From: Pseudomonadota bacterium
GTDB lineage: Bacteria > Pseudomonadota > Alphaproteobacteria > Sphingomonadales > CAKZYD01
Reading direction: 5' to 3'
DNA: 56,903 nucleotides
Assembly: GCA_039026755.1 (NCBI GenBank)
Contig: JBCCLR010000003.1
Coordinates: 1 to 56,903 of the forward strand
The notes under the pieces are model-generated. The model was not told the origin of the DNA. It saw only the letters and a program-made list of their open reading frames with translations, and ran no database searches. Below, piece by piece: positions 49,051-56,903 of this stretch (positions within the stretch are counted from its first letter, which is position 1; every line of letters starts with the position of its first letter). The position numbers and the translations under genes were made by a program.

Positions 49051-50442
49051 TTAGAGGCCTACGGTTCTTCTGATCGTCGCGCGTTGGACGCGTTGCTCGG
49101 CAAGCATGTATGTGCACGCATCCAACGGGTGGTCTGGGCAGTGTGGGGTATCCGCGACATCATCTGGGTCGCGCTCGTCCCTGACCGAGTTGGCCAGCGC
49201 GTGGATCAGGAAACGACACCTGTTGCTGATGTAGAGATGCGGACGGTTACTCCGCTCAATGGTCGCAGCGAGCATGGAGCCCATGAGGGTCCAACGCTCC
49301 GCCCGCCGACCCTTCTTCGGGAGGGACAGTGACCAGAATTGACCAGTCTGCTGCATGATCTGCAGGACGTCGTCGCCCTGTAGGCCGCGCTGATTGTCGA
49401 CCACCCCACTGGGTTGGCGGACACCGTAGTTGGCGCACATATTGGCGACGCGCTCCGCGAGGCGATCTGCCTGCCACTCAGATGACGTGTTAAGGTTGTC
49501 CTCGGTCCAGATGACATCGGTCACCTCGTCGACCACGATCACGCTGTCGCGTGGCAGTATACGCCCGTCCGGGAAGGTAAGGTCACGCTTGGCCCGGATA
49601 CCCAAATGACCCACCGAGGGGGCGGAAATCCCAAAGTCGATGCCGACGCGCGTGTCGAACTTGTCCCGGTCGAAGTGGTGGTCCCATTTGATAACGTGCA
49701 CCTCGGGGTCGAACATCGGCCACATCAAGCCCTCGCCCCGCGTCCAGTCGCCAAACAGCCACTGTTGCAAGCGCACCGGGTCTCCGTGGCAGGCCTCGCG
49801 GAGCCGCCGGATATACGCCTGCTGGTCTATGAAAGGGTTGTCGGCTGGGCCGGACTTGATCGTGATCCAGGGTTCCTGCGCCTCAGTCCCGTCGATCTTT
49901 AGGTGATATGGTTCGTGGTCCCGGCGGTTCTTGATGTGGCGCTCGAAGATGCGCCCATGGAGCGGTCCGCCAGGGTTGCCCACGTAAACGACGCGCGTCG
50001 GTACACCATCGGGCGCGCGCAGGTTACTCCTCAGCAACCGGAGCACCTTCTCGCTGCTGTGCTGGGTGATCTCCTCCACGATGAGCAGAGTAAAGTTCTT
50101 GCCTTGAAGTTTGTCGTAGTCCGCCGTCCGCTCTATCGCGGCGAGCGTGATCGACCCGCCGTTCCAGCGCAGTATCTTCTCCGCCCGGTTGTAGCTGTGG
50201 GACCCGAAGGAGAAGCCCGAGGTTATCAGGCGTAGCAGGTCGTCCTCGAAGTCTGACAGCGCTCGCAACGTGCGGCGGACTATTAGGACGCTGGCGTTCG
50301 GTCCGTGCTCCTGAAGGTGGAGCGCAGCCAGTGCCACCGCCGCGATTGTCTTCCCGCCACCCCTTGCGCCCAGGAGGGCGAGGTTCACCCCCTCGGGTGC
50401 TTCGAGAACGGACTGCTGAAAGGGGGATATGCGCTCAAGCAT
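49051..50442 (-). CDS. terL: Terminase large subunit
   Basis: Walker A GARGGGKT, Walker B LLIVEE, coupling motif GNPGG, RNase H-like nuclease motifs GIDFG and DHPLDA..Y. Confidence 0.85.
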   Translation of the reverse strand: MLERISPFQQSVLEAPEGVNLALLGARGGGKTIAAVALAALHLQEHGPNASVLIVRRTLRALSDFEDDLLRLITSGFSFGSHSYNRAEKILRWNGGSITLAAIERTADYDKLQGKNFTLLIVEEITQHSSEKVLRLLRSNLRAPDGVPTRVVYVGNPGGPLHGRIFERHIKNRRDHEPYHLKIDGTEAQEPWITIKSGPADNPFIDQQAYIRRLREACHGDPVRLQQWLFGDWTRGEGLMWPMFDPEVHVIKWDHHFDRDKFDTRVGIDFGISAPSVGHLGIRAKRDLTFPDGRILPRDSVIVVDEVTDVIWTEDNLNTSSEWQADRLAERVANMCANYGVRQPSGVVDNQRGLQGDDVLQIMQQTGQFWSLSLPKKGRRAERWTLMGSMLAATIERSNRPHLYISNRCRFLIHALANSVRDERDPDDVADTPHCPDHPLDACTYMLAEQRVQRATIRRTVGL

Positions 50443-50881
50443 CCTGCGCCTCCGGGAGATAGCGACGGCGGTACTCGTCCATGTCGAGCTTGCTGGGGAG
50501 CTGTATGGTCTGCTGTCGGTTGTCGTTGATCGTTATGTGGGCCGGGGTGCGTGTCCCCTCGTAGCCTCGGCGGGCCTTGAGGAGGAAGATGGCCGCTGTT
50601 ACCGCGCCTGGAGTGTCGCCCAGGGCGGTGCGGTAGAGACGGCTGACGAGGGCATCCTCCATGCTACTGTAGCCACGGTCCAGTGCCTCGCAGACCTCAG
50701 GCTGGCGCTTCTTGATCTCCCTGAAGGTCGAGGCCGCTACGCGGAGTTGCTTGGCTATGCTGGTTTCTGAGCAACCGTTGGCTGCCATCTCCTCGACGAT
50801 CTGAAGCCCGCGTGTACCGACGCGTCTGGTATGGCCACCCTCGTTGCGGATGACCGGCGGCTCAGCCGGGTGATCTGCCAC
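50435..50881 (-). CDS. terS: Terminase small subunit-like HTH protein
   Basis: G.S...IA..L.V...T.....K..PE..EA...G and A.IF.LK pattern; overlaps the terL start. Confidence 0.7.
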   Translation of the reverse strand: MADHPAEPPVIRNEGGHTRRVGTRGLQIVEEMAANGCSETSIAKQLRVAASTFREIKKRQPEVCEALDRGYSSMEDALVSRLYRTALGDTPGAVTAAIFLLKARRGYEGTRTPAHITINDNRQQTIQLPSKLDMDEYRRRYLPEAQDA

Positions 50882-51090
50882 TGCAAGTTACCTGCAAAGT
50901 TACCTCTCGACTTAACAGTCTGATCTTGCCGGGTTTTCCTGCCCAGGCCCTTACCTCTACAGGGTTGGGTCTTTTTGGAGCGAGTAATCCGCCGGATCGT
51001 TTTCAAATTAGGCTGAACTGGAGGAGAAGGCTCGCACCAAATCGTTCATCTGCGGCTTCGTTTCTGAACTTTCGCGAGGACTTGCTCATG

Positions 51091-51275
51091 AGGGGGGGGC
51101 GGGGGGTCCGGGTATCTGGCCTTTTTCCTTGTCGTCCTATCGATAGATATACATCTATCGCTTCAGACCTTTTTACCTAAAACCCGGACCCCACGGACCC
51201 CAACAAAATTATTGTTTAATTTCAATTCCATAACAAAAATGGAAGCATTGTAAAACACGCCCCCCAAACGCCCCC
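51091..51275. other. Candidate replication origin or packaging site of the island
   Basis: GGGGTCCGGGT / ACCCGGACCCC inverted repeat, an extra CGGACCCC copy, central palindrome CGATAGAT-N4-ATCTATCG, AT-rich tract, ACGCCCCC x2. Confidence 0.5.
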
Positions 51276-51303
51276 TCCTGCCTATGCCGAAAACCAATGT
51301 GCC

Positions 51304-52629
51304 TTAAAATGGGGGCTCAGGGCGAGAGATAAGCTTGATGCCCCGGTAGACCCGGGGTTCGCGCAAGTGCAATTGTTTGTCGATCCACGGGCCCTTAGCC
51401 TGTCTCACGTTGTAGCTTGCCTGCAAGACACTGGTTAGCTTCCCAAGGGGAACAGGCTTGGACCCGTTGCCGTCACACCACCGCCTATAGGCCTGGTAAA
51501 GCGCCTGTTTGTCCACATTTGCGTCGGGATCAAGCCCGCAACACTCATCCAAGAAACCGGTCAGCGGAGAGGCAGCCGCCCGAGTAGCCTCCAAGACTTC
51601 CTCTCCCGAAGGAGGTTGCCTGATCATCCCGCCATCGGATTTCAATAAGCGCCAACCTTCGATACCCCACTTGAGTATTGCTCCTCGCTCTGTCCTGAGT
51701 CGTCTTTTGAGCCCGAGATCTTCTTTCCCTTTGAAGGATCTCGTCATTGGTAATACAATTAATCGGCTCAAAAGTGCACTGGTATCGTCGGCAAGTTCCA
51801 GTGGCTCGTTTGTTTGAATGACGATTCGAGAAGTAAGGACACCTTCCCAAGCTTCTTTGTGTTTCCGGTCGATAGTGAAGTGATCTTCGCCGGTGACCCG
51901 CAGGAGGACATCGGTAATCGCGCCCCGGTTGGTTGTTCGCCCATCTAGGCGAGCCTCCGATAGCAACATAAGCTGTTTGCCAATGGCCGGGGACAAACCG
52001 AAGTTACCAGCGATGTTTTGAAGTGACGGTGAGCAGACATTTTTTCTGCCGATCACTTCGGCCATCACGTCGCCTATAGTCCCTTTGCCGGAACGAGGCG
52101 GACCCATGAGCTGGAACATCCGGTGCATACTGGTATCTGTTGAGAGAAGATAGCCAAAGATTCGTTGCAGCACTTGGATGCACTCTGGATCATCGTCCCA
52201 AAGGCTATTGAGAAATTTCAGCCATTCGGTTGGTTCACCGGCGTCAGGATCATAATCGTAGTCCAGCGCATTCAAGTTGATGTATTCTGGCGTATGGGGA
52301 AACGTGTTTCCAGTATCCAGATCTACCAGTAGGTTCCGGCACGATAGGATGTTCTCTGCCAGTGGCTTACCCTTCCATGTTGGAAGACTTACAGCCGCCT
52401 GAGCGCGCAAAGAAATCAGGTGCGACCTGATTGTGTTGATCAACCCCGAGCCCGGCTTCTTCCCTCGATCCACCAACCACATTGCCAACATCTTCTGCAA
52501 GAGGTCCTTGTCCAACTCTTGGTAACATGGCCCAACCCAAAGGAACCATTGACCAGTCATTCGGAATAAGTGGTGTTCTCGAGCGAAGTCTTGTGCAAGG
52601 GCCCAGGTGTCAATTTGTTCCTCAGACAT
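51304..52629 (-). CDS. D5/P4-family SF3 helicase (phage/plasmid primase C-terminal type)
   Basis: D5_N-like region (NLLVDL.TG...PHTPE), W..FL, Walker A GPPRSGKGT, TGED...DRK.K, TNE. Confidence 0.88.
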   Translation of the reverse strand: MSEEQIDTWALAQDFAREHHLFRMTGQWFLWVGPCYQELDKDLLQKMLAMWLVDRGKKPGSGLINTIRSHLISLRAQAAVSLPTWKGKPLAENILSCRNLLVDLDTGNTFPHTPEYINLNALDYDYDPDAGEPTEWLKFLNSLWDDDPECIQVLQRIFGYLLSTDTSMHRMFQLMGPPRSGKGTIGDVMAEVIGRKNVCSPSLQNIAGNFGLSPAIGKQLMLLSEARLDGRTTNRGAITDVLLRVTGEDHFTIDRKHKEAWEGVLTSRIVIQTNEPLELADDTSALLSRLIVLPMTRSFKGKEDLGLKRRLRTERGAILKWGIEGWRLLKSDGGMIRQPPSGEEVLEATRAAASPLTGFLDECCGLDPDANVDKQALYQAYRRWCDGNGSKPVPLGKLTSVLQASYNVRQAKGPWIDKQLHLREPRVYRGIKLISRPEPPF

Positions 52630-53644
52630 CGGCTGCCTCCTTGGCAAGGTAAGAGCCGATCTGCCGGAGTGCATGGACCTCAGGGTTTTTTCTGGGCTTA
52701 TACTTGTTTTTGACCTTGGCCCAATGGGTTCGGTGCGAGACGAGGTGGGTGTCTTCTAGACCCGCTGGCATGAGGAGTAGGTCGCGTATCCGCTCATTCG
52801 GCAACTCGGCCCGCACGCATGCACCTATGAAGGCCCACTCATGCTCGCTGCGAGATCTAAACCTCTTTCCTTCAGCGTTCGTTGGGTTTTTGCGCAATCC
52901 TACCACCCACGGCGGTAAGAACTCCCAGAGATTTTCCTCTTCGATTATCTGACTAGGCTCTAAAGTTAGATCGACTGATCGGCGTCTCGGCGCAGGGTCA
53001 ACTTGCCCGGCTTCTTCAACTGGTAAAACCGCGCTCCAATTTTCTCGATAGACGTAGCAAAGTCGATTGTCGCGACCATGTTTTCGATTTCGGGTCCCTG
53101 GTAGGCGGAAAACATGTTCGCAAGAATGAGTGCTGTCAGGTGACAGGTCCTCGAACTCGCTTTGGAGCCACACTGCTATGGCTTCGCCTTCCTTTTTAGA
53201 AACAGGAGCGCTGAGACGCCACATGGCCTGCCAACCTCCGCCGGTAAACGCTACATAAGTTGGGGGCCAACCAAAGCGATCCAGTTCGTCGACGACTGCT
53301 GGGTCAGGGTCATCTATGTCCAAAAAAACTGCCCGGACACGAATGATGTTCTTCTTTTTTCGAGATAGCCCAGAAAGGCGATTTCGTTTTGGGGTATTTG
53401 CCAAGAAGTAAACGCAGCCTTCTTGGTTAGCTCGAATAGCGGCCTCTACCGCGTCGTCGAGATCGTCAAACGTGTAGCCGGGCCAATGGATTGCAGGGCA
53501 GATATGCCATGGCCCACCCAGCTTCTCAAGAAAGCTGGTTATTTGGTTTCGATCAGGCTGAGGAAGAGCTAGGTTACTATTCTCGTCTGTACCTAGGTCT
53601 TGGGTCCTCGCCGGTTCTTGCTCAACTCGGCGGGGACTTTCCAT
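52622..53644 (-). CDS. RepB-type DNA primase (AEP superfamily)
   Basis: FLDID, PT....TGGGWQA.WRL, FRLPGT.N.K; TAATG coupling with alpA. Confidence 0.8.
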   Translation of the reverse strand: MESPRRVEQEPARTQDLGTDENSNLALPQPDRNQITSFLEKLGGPWHICPAIHWPGYTFDDLDDAVEAAIRANQEGCVYFLANTPKRNRLSGLSRKKKNIIRVRAVFLDIDDPDPAVVDELDRFGWPPTYVAFTGGGWQAMWRLSAPVSKKEGEAIAVWLQSEFEDLSPDSTHSCEHVFRLPGTRNRKHGRDNRLCYVYRENWSAVLPVEEAGQVDPAPRRRSVDLTLEPSQIIEEENLWEFLPPWVVGLRKNPTNAEGKRFRSRSEHEWAFIGACVRAELPNERIRDLLLMPAGLEDTHLVSHRTHWAKVKNKYKPRKNPEVHALRQIGSYLAKEAADV

Positions 53645-53913
53645 TATGATCCCCCTCCCCGTTGACGTTTGTCTAGCCAAGCAAGTACGTCGCCACGCCG
53701 ATATAGGACACGACGCCCGACCTTAACGTAGGGCGGCAACCCTGTGTTGCCGGAGCTGCGGCCAATCTCAAAGAAACCGATCGACAGAGTTGTCAACTTC
53801 GACACTTCCTCGGTGGTCAAAAGTTGATCTGGGTCGGCTGTCGAGGACTTCGGTGGAATGAGCTTAGACAGCTCGTCGCGGACTAAAGCCCGCACAGTGT
53901 TTTCCAATTCCAT
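53644..53913 (-). CDS. AlpA/excisionase-like HTH protein
   Basis: LLTTEEV...., PPYVKVGRRVLYRR.DV..WL; RBS AGGAG. Confidence 0.88.
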   Translation of the reverse strand: MELENTVRALVRDELSKLIPPKSSTADPDQLLTTEEVSKLTTLSIGFFEIGRSSGNTGLPPYVKVGRRVLYRRGDVLAWLDKRQRGGGS

Positions 53914-54309
53914 AGTGTTCTCCTAGCGAGCGCAGGTGAGTTTCCAGACGCTCGAAAGTAGGCAAAAGGGGAGTGTTTGCGCCCAGAGCATAGTTTCTAG
54001 GCACATTTTTCATGTAGATTTCTGGAAATTTCGGCTCCCGCCGTCACAAATCGCCTTCGCTTTGTCTCCTACAGCGATGATTTGCGAAAGCAGCTCAACC
54101 TTACTTCTCGTCAGAAAGTACTTTACTTCTCGTCTGAAGTAAGTTTACATCAGGCTCACGATTACAGAGATGTAAGAGTCAAAATTTAGAAATATCAATA
54201 GCATGTCTTCCAAGCTACTATTGATCTAAAAATATGACTTATCGCTTACCGGGACTTCCGCTTTCGTTATCAACAAACTAAATCATTTATAGCTTGGTTT
54301 AGGTACTGC

Positions 54310-55383
54310 CTAAACCCCAAAAATTTTCATTAAGCGGAAACCGATCTTTTCAGCCCATTCTGCTACTGCGGCGGTCGGAATTTCACGCTGACCGTAGACG
54401 TCGGTGACACCTCTTCTGTCCCTGTGGTTGAGCAGTTTCTGGACAATCGGAAAGGGGCAACCGACCTCTACCTCTGCCACGTACTTCCAGTGGTGACGCA
54501 GTGCATGTTCCGAGCAAAGGTGTCTCAGCGACGGTGGTTTGGGATTGGATATGTGTTGCCCTGGTTTGTTGCCCGGAAACACCCAGTCTGCTTGCCTTGG
54601 AAGGGCGGTGATCACATTTAGCGCGGCGGATGAAAGCGGGAGGTCAAAAGCGCGAGTTGGACCCCCTTTCGGGCAGGGAAGATGGAGCCAACCATCCTTG
54701 AGCATGGACCACCGCGCGGTCTTGGCGTCGTTCTCCCTGAGCCCAGTGAGGGCCACGAAGAGCCAATAGGCGCGAACGATAGGGGACTCAGCGGCCTGTA
54801 TAGACTGCCACCACACTGCTGGATCGCCCACGGTCTTGCGCTTTGGTGCCTCGACTATCTTAAGCGGGCGTATGGTCTGGCCGGGCCAGGGGTCCGACGT
54901 GGCCGTCCGGTAGACCGTTCCGAGATGCCTGAGCATGTCGTTTGCTGCGTGCTTGGACTGCTCACCCACGCGCATCTGCATCCTTACCAGCCCAGCGTGG
55001 GTGATGGAGGTAAGCGGTTTTTCCATGAGTTCGTCGACATGTTTCTGGAACTGCATGCGCCTGTTTTTGACCGTCGCCTCGGAACCACCGTTGAGCAGGC
55101 AACGTTCGGCCCAGATGTCGAGCGCTTCTCGGAGTGTCGCTGCGCGCTGGCTCCGCCCCCTATGGGCTAGGTCCGCGGCCCTGTCCCTAGCCGCGCGAAG
55201 TCCCACGTCGGGCCACCGGCCTAGCGTCAGACGGTTGCCACCGCTGCGCTGGAATACCCAGCTCTTGGTCCCTGTCTTACCGACCCTGCACCCCAAACCG
55301 GGATTTCGTTGGCACCAATAAAGGCCCGGCTTCTGCCCGCGATCCATCCAGGCTTCGGATAACGTAACAGAGCTTCGGGCCAT
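54310..55383 (-). CDS. int: Tyrosine integrase with N-terminal arm-binding domain
   Basis: GL..RV...GTKSW...LG.WP; catalytic residues in TGLR, K, HALRH, LLNH and VY. Confidence 0.92.
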   Translation of the reverse strand: MARSSVTLSEAWMDRGQKPGLYWCQRNPGLGCRVGKTGTKSWVFQRSGGNRLTLGRWPDVGLRAARDRAADLAHRGRSQRAATLREALDIWAERCLLNGGSEATVKNRRMQFQKHVDELMEKPLTSITHAGLVRMQMRVGEQSKHAANDMLRHLGTVYRTATSDPWPGQTIRPLKIVEAPKRKTVGDPAVWWQSIQAAESPIVRAYWLFVALTGLRENDAKTARWSMLKDGWLHLPCPKGGPTRAFDLPLSSAALNVITALPRQADWVFPGNKPGQHISNPKPPSLRHLCSEHALRHHWKYVAEVEVGCPFPIVQKLLNHRDRRGVTDVYGQREIPTAAVAEWAEKIGFRLMKIFGV

Positions 55384-55500
55384 GAAAGTAACTTCCTGGG
55401 TAACTTCTAGCGTATAACCCAGCTTAGCCCTGATAGGCAGAAAAGTAAATCAAATCAACATGATAGTCGAAACAATAAGTCTCAAAAAGTGAGCCATGTT

Positions 55501-55549
55501 ACCTTGCCAAGGTTGGGGTCGTGAGTTCGAATCTCATCGCCCGCTCCAG
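55501..55549 (+). repeat. att core (distal), 3' fragment of tRNA-Gly
   Basis: Identical to 45922-45970; lacks the tRNA 5' half. Confidence 0.95.
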
Positions 55550-55652
55550 TGTCTGTCTCAAACGCAGCCATCATTTGTAAACGTATAATTTCAGGCTGCA
55601 ATGCCAGGTTTGTCATATACGCCTGCTGTTAACGTTCCGGGGTGCAATCCTG

Positions 55653-56903
55653 CTAAATCTGCTCCAGCTCTTGCACTGCGCGGTGGGCCTCATCCACGGC
55701 GTTATCAAGCAAGGCGATCGCGGCACTGTCTGAGTTGGCGACAGTGATGCGCCCGATGGGTTGGCGGGCGATGACGTGCGGCATGCGTGGGTCATTCCAA
55801 TCCTCGTAGGTGTCGTCAAACAGGTCGGAATAGGAATAGGCATAGCCGTGCGCCCAGCGGTTCACGGTGATGGCGGCGATATCCTCCGCGGGGTCGAAGC
55901 CACCTGGGCCGAGTATGCCTGCGAGCTGGGCGCGGATGTTGTATTCGATGTCTTCAAAGGGCGTGCCTAGCAATTCATAGCGGCCGGCGCGGCATTGCTC
56001 GCGTTTGCTCAGCCCTTCATTGTTTACATGCGGGAAGCGCTCCATGTGCACCAGCGCCGGCTGGCTCGGATCATCGGGGTATTTATAACCGCCAATGCTG
56101 ACTGGGAAATCCAAAGTCGCGTGGATGTGATAGCTACCAGGCGCATAAACTGCGCCGATGCCGATATTTTTAAAGGCCTGCCAATGTCTAATGGCAATTG
56201 TATTGTATAGGATTGGCACGCGCTCAGGAAACGCAAACGCGTCACGCTGCTCGTCGCTGAGTTCCGGGCACAGATAAGGCACGATAGAGTGGTTGCAGGC
56301 CAGTATACAGCGCGCGCCTGTGGCGCGTATGGCCTGCCCGTCCTTCACATAGGTCACGGCAACACCGCTCGCCGTGTTGGCGACGTTCACTGCTGTGGCT
56401 TCCAGCCGCAACCGCACTGGCGCATCGGCAAGATCCAGCTTGGAATAATCAAGCTTTGTCGTGACAATCTGTTCAGCCTTGGTCCGCTTGGTCCAGCCGG
56501 GCGCGACACCTGGAATAAGGGCGCGCACCATGAGCCGGGCGATGCTGGCGTTGCCGTCAGGGAAATGGTGAATGTAATTTTCAAACGGCTCAGCGTCGCC
56601 AATCCCTGCCGCCTCCCAGCCCGGCAAACCGCCATAGCTCAGTGCCGAAAACGCCGACACCGCTTCGATCCCCACACCAGCATCCCCGAACAGGTTTTGC
56701 AGGACCTTGAAAACCTCCGGTTCGGTGATGCCCATCGCGTCTGTTAAAAAGTCGCGGTAGCTGGCTTCGTAAAGGTATTCGTATTTTTCATCCTCCGACA
56801 GGTCGCTGAGCTGATCGGATTTTAGCGTCAACAGCCGCGCCATCTGAGCTTGTGCGGGCGGGGAAATCGGCATCATGCGCGCCGCCTCCGCCGGGCCTAC
56901 GCC
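55653..56903 (-). CDS. FAD-dependent oxidoreductase, spermidine dehydrogenase-like, 5'-truncated by the window
   Basis: HFPDGNASIARL, ITVNRWAHGYAY, GRI..ANSD; frame is open to the window edge. Confidence 0.75.
   Translation of the reverse strand, partial: GVGPAEAARMMPISPPAQAQMARLLTLKSDQLSDLSEDEKYEYLYEASYRDFLTDAMGITEPEVFKVLQNLFGDAGVGIEAVSAFSALSYGGLPGWEAAGIGDAEPFENYIHHFPDGNASIARLMVRALIPGVAPGWTKRTKAEQIVTTKLDYSKLDLADAPVRLRLEATAVNVANTASGVAVTYVKDGQAIRATGARCILACNHSIVPYLCPELSDEQRDAFAFPERVPILYNTIAIRHWQAFKNIGIGAVYAPGSYHIHATLDFPVSIGGYKYPDDPSQPALVHMERFPHVNNEGLSKREQCRAGRYELLGTPFEDIEYNIRAQLAGILGPGGFDPAEDIAAITVNRWAHGYAYSYSDLFDDTYEDWNDPRMPHVIARQPIGRITVANSDSAAIALLDNAVDEAHRAVQELEQI

Larger units (their letters stand above)
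45922..55549. mobile_element. tRNA-Gly-integrated phage-satellite-like island (9579-bp excisable unit)
   Basis: 49-bp direct repeats; tyrosine integrase, AlpA/Xis, primase, D5 helicase, TerS and TerL all on the minus strand; accessory cargo at the tRNA end. Confidence 0.92.

Noticed and set aside
50926-51180. Small ORFs between terS and the helicase
   Set aside because: They run across G-runs and palindromes with no RBS or motif; the region is better explained as a cis-acting site.
53936-54142. Divergent 68-aa ORF as the island repressor
   Set aside because: No HTH pattern or RBS; it overlaps the operator-like repeats.
55501-55549. Second tRNA-Gly gene
   Set aside because: Only the 3' 49 bp are present, with no acceptor 5' strand or D-arm; it is the att duplication.
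45922-55549. Complete prophage
   Set aside because: Too small, and no recognisable capsid, portal, tail, lysis or CI genes.

Overview
GC-rich alphaproteobacterial chromosome segment (taxon inferred from gene content and order). Positions ~1-45.6 kb are mostly housekeeping and metabolic genes: a C-terminally extended gltB followed by a CysJ-like diflavin reductase, bdhA/phaZ, cobB, a class A PBP, hbd-etfAB, a TonB receptor-phoD-glpQ operon with a Pho-box-like site, opp ABC genes, ftsK, a ubiH-family gene, a DUF3604-PPIase-HupE/UreJ module and cnoX. Two accessory insertions stand out. (1) A ~2.1 kb islet bounded by a 99-bp direct repeat of the ftsK 3' end carries a TIR-TM-Sel1 gene. (2) A 9.6 kb element integrated in tRNA-Gly(GCC) is bounded by 49-bp att repeats. 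It looks like a phage satellite (integrase, AlpA/Xis, RepB-type primase, D5 helicase, small and large terminase) but has no recognisable capsid, portal or tail genes. Its cargo is a coupled three-gene wHTH/wHTH/wHTH-HEPN operon, the best candidate here for an undescribed anti-phage system. A candidate sigma54-driven sRNA lies between the aminotransferase and ubiH genes. All protein calls come from motif recognition by eye; no searches were run.
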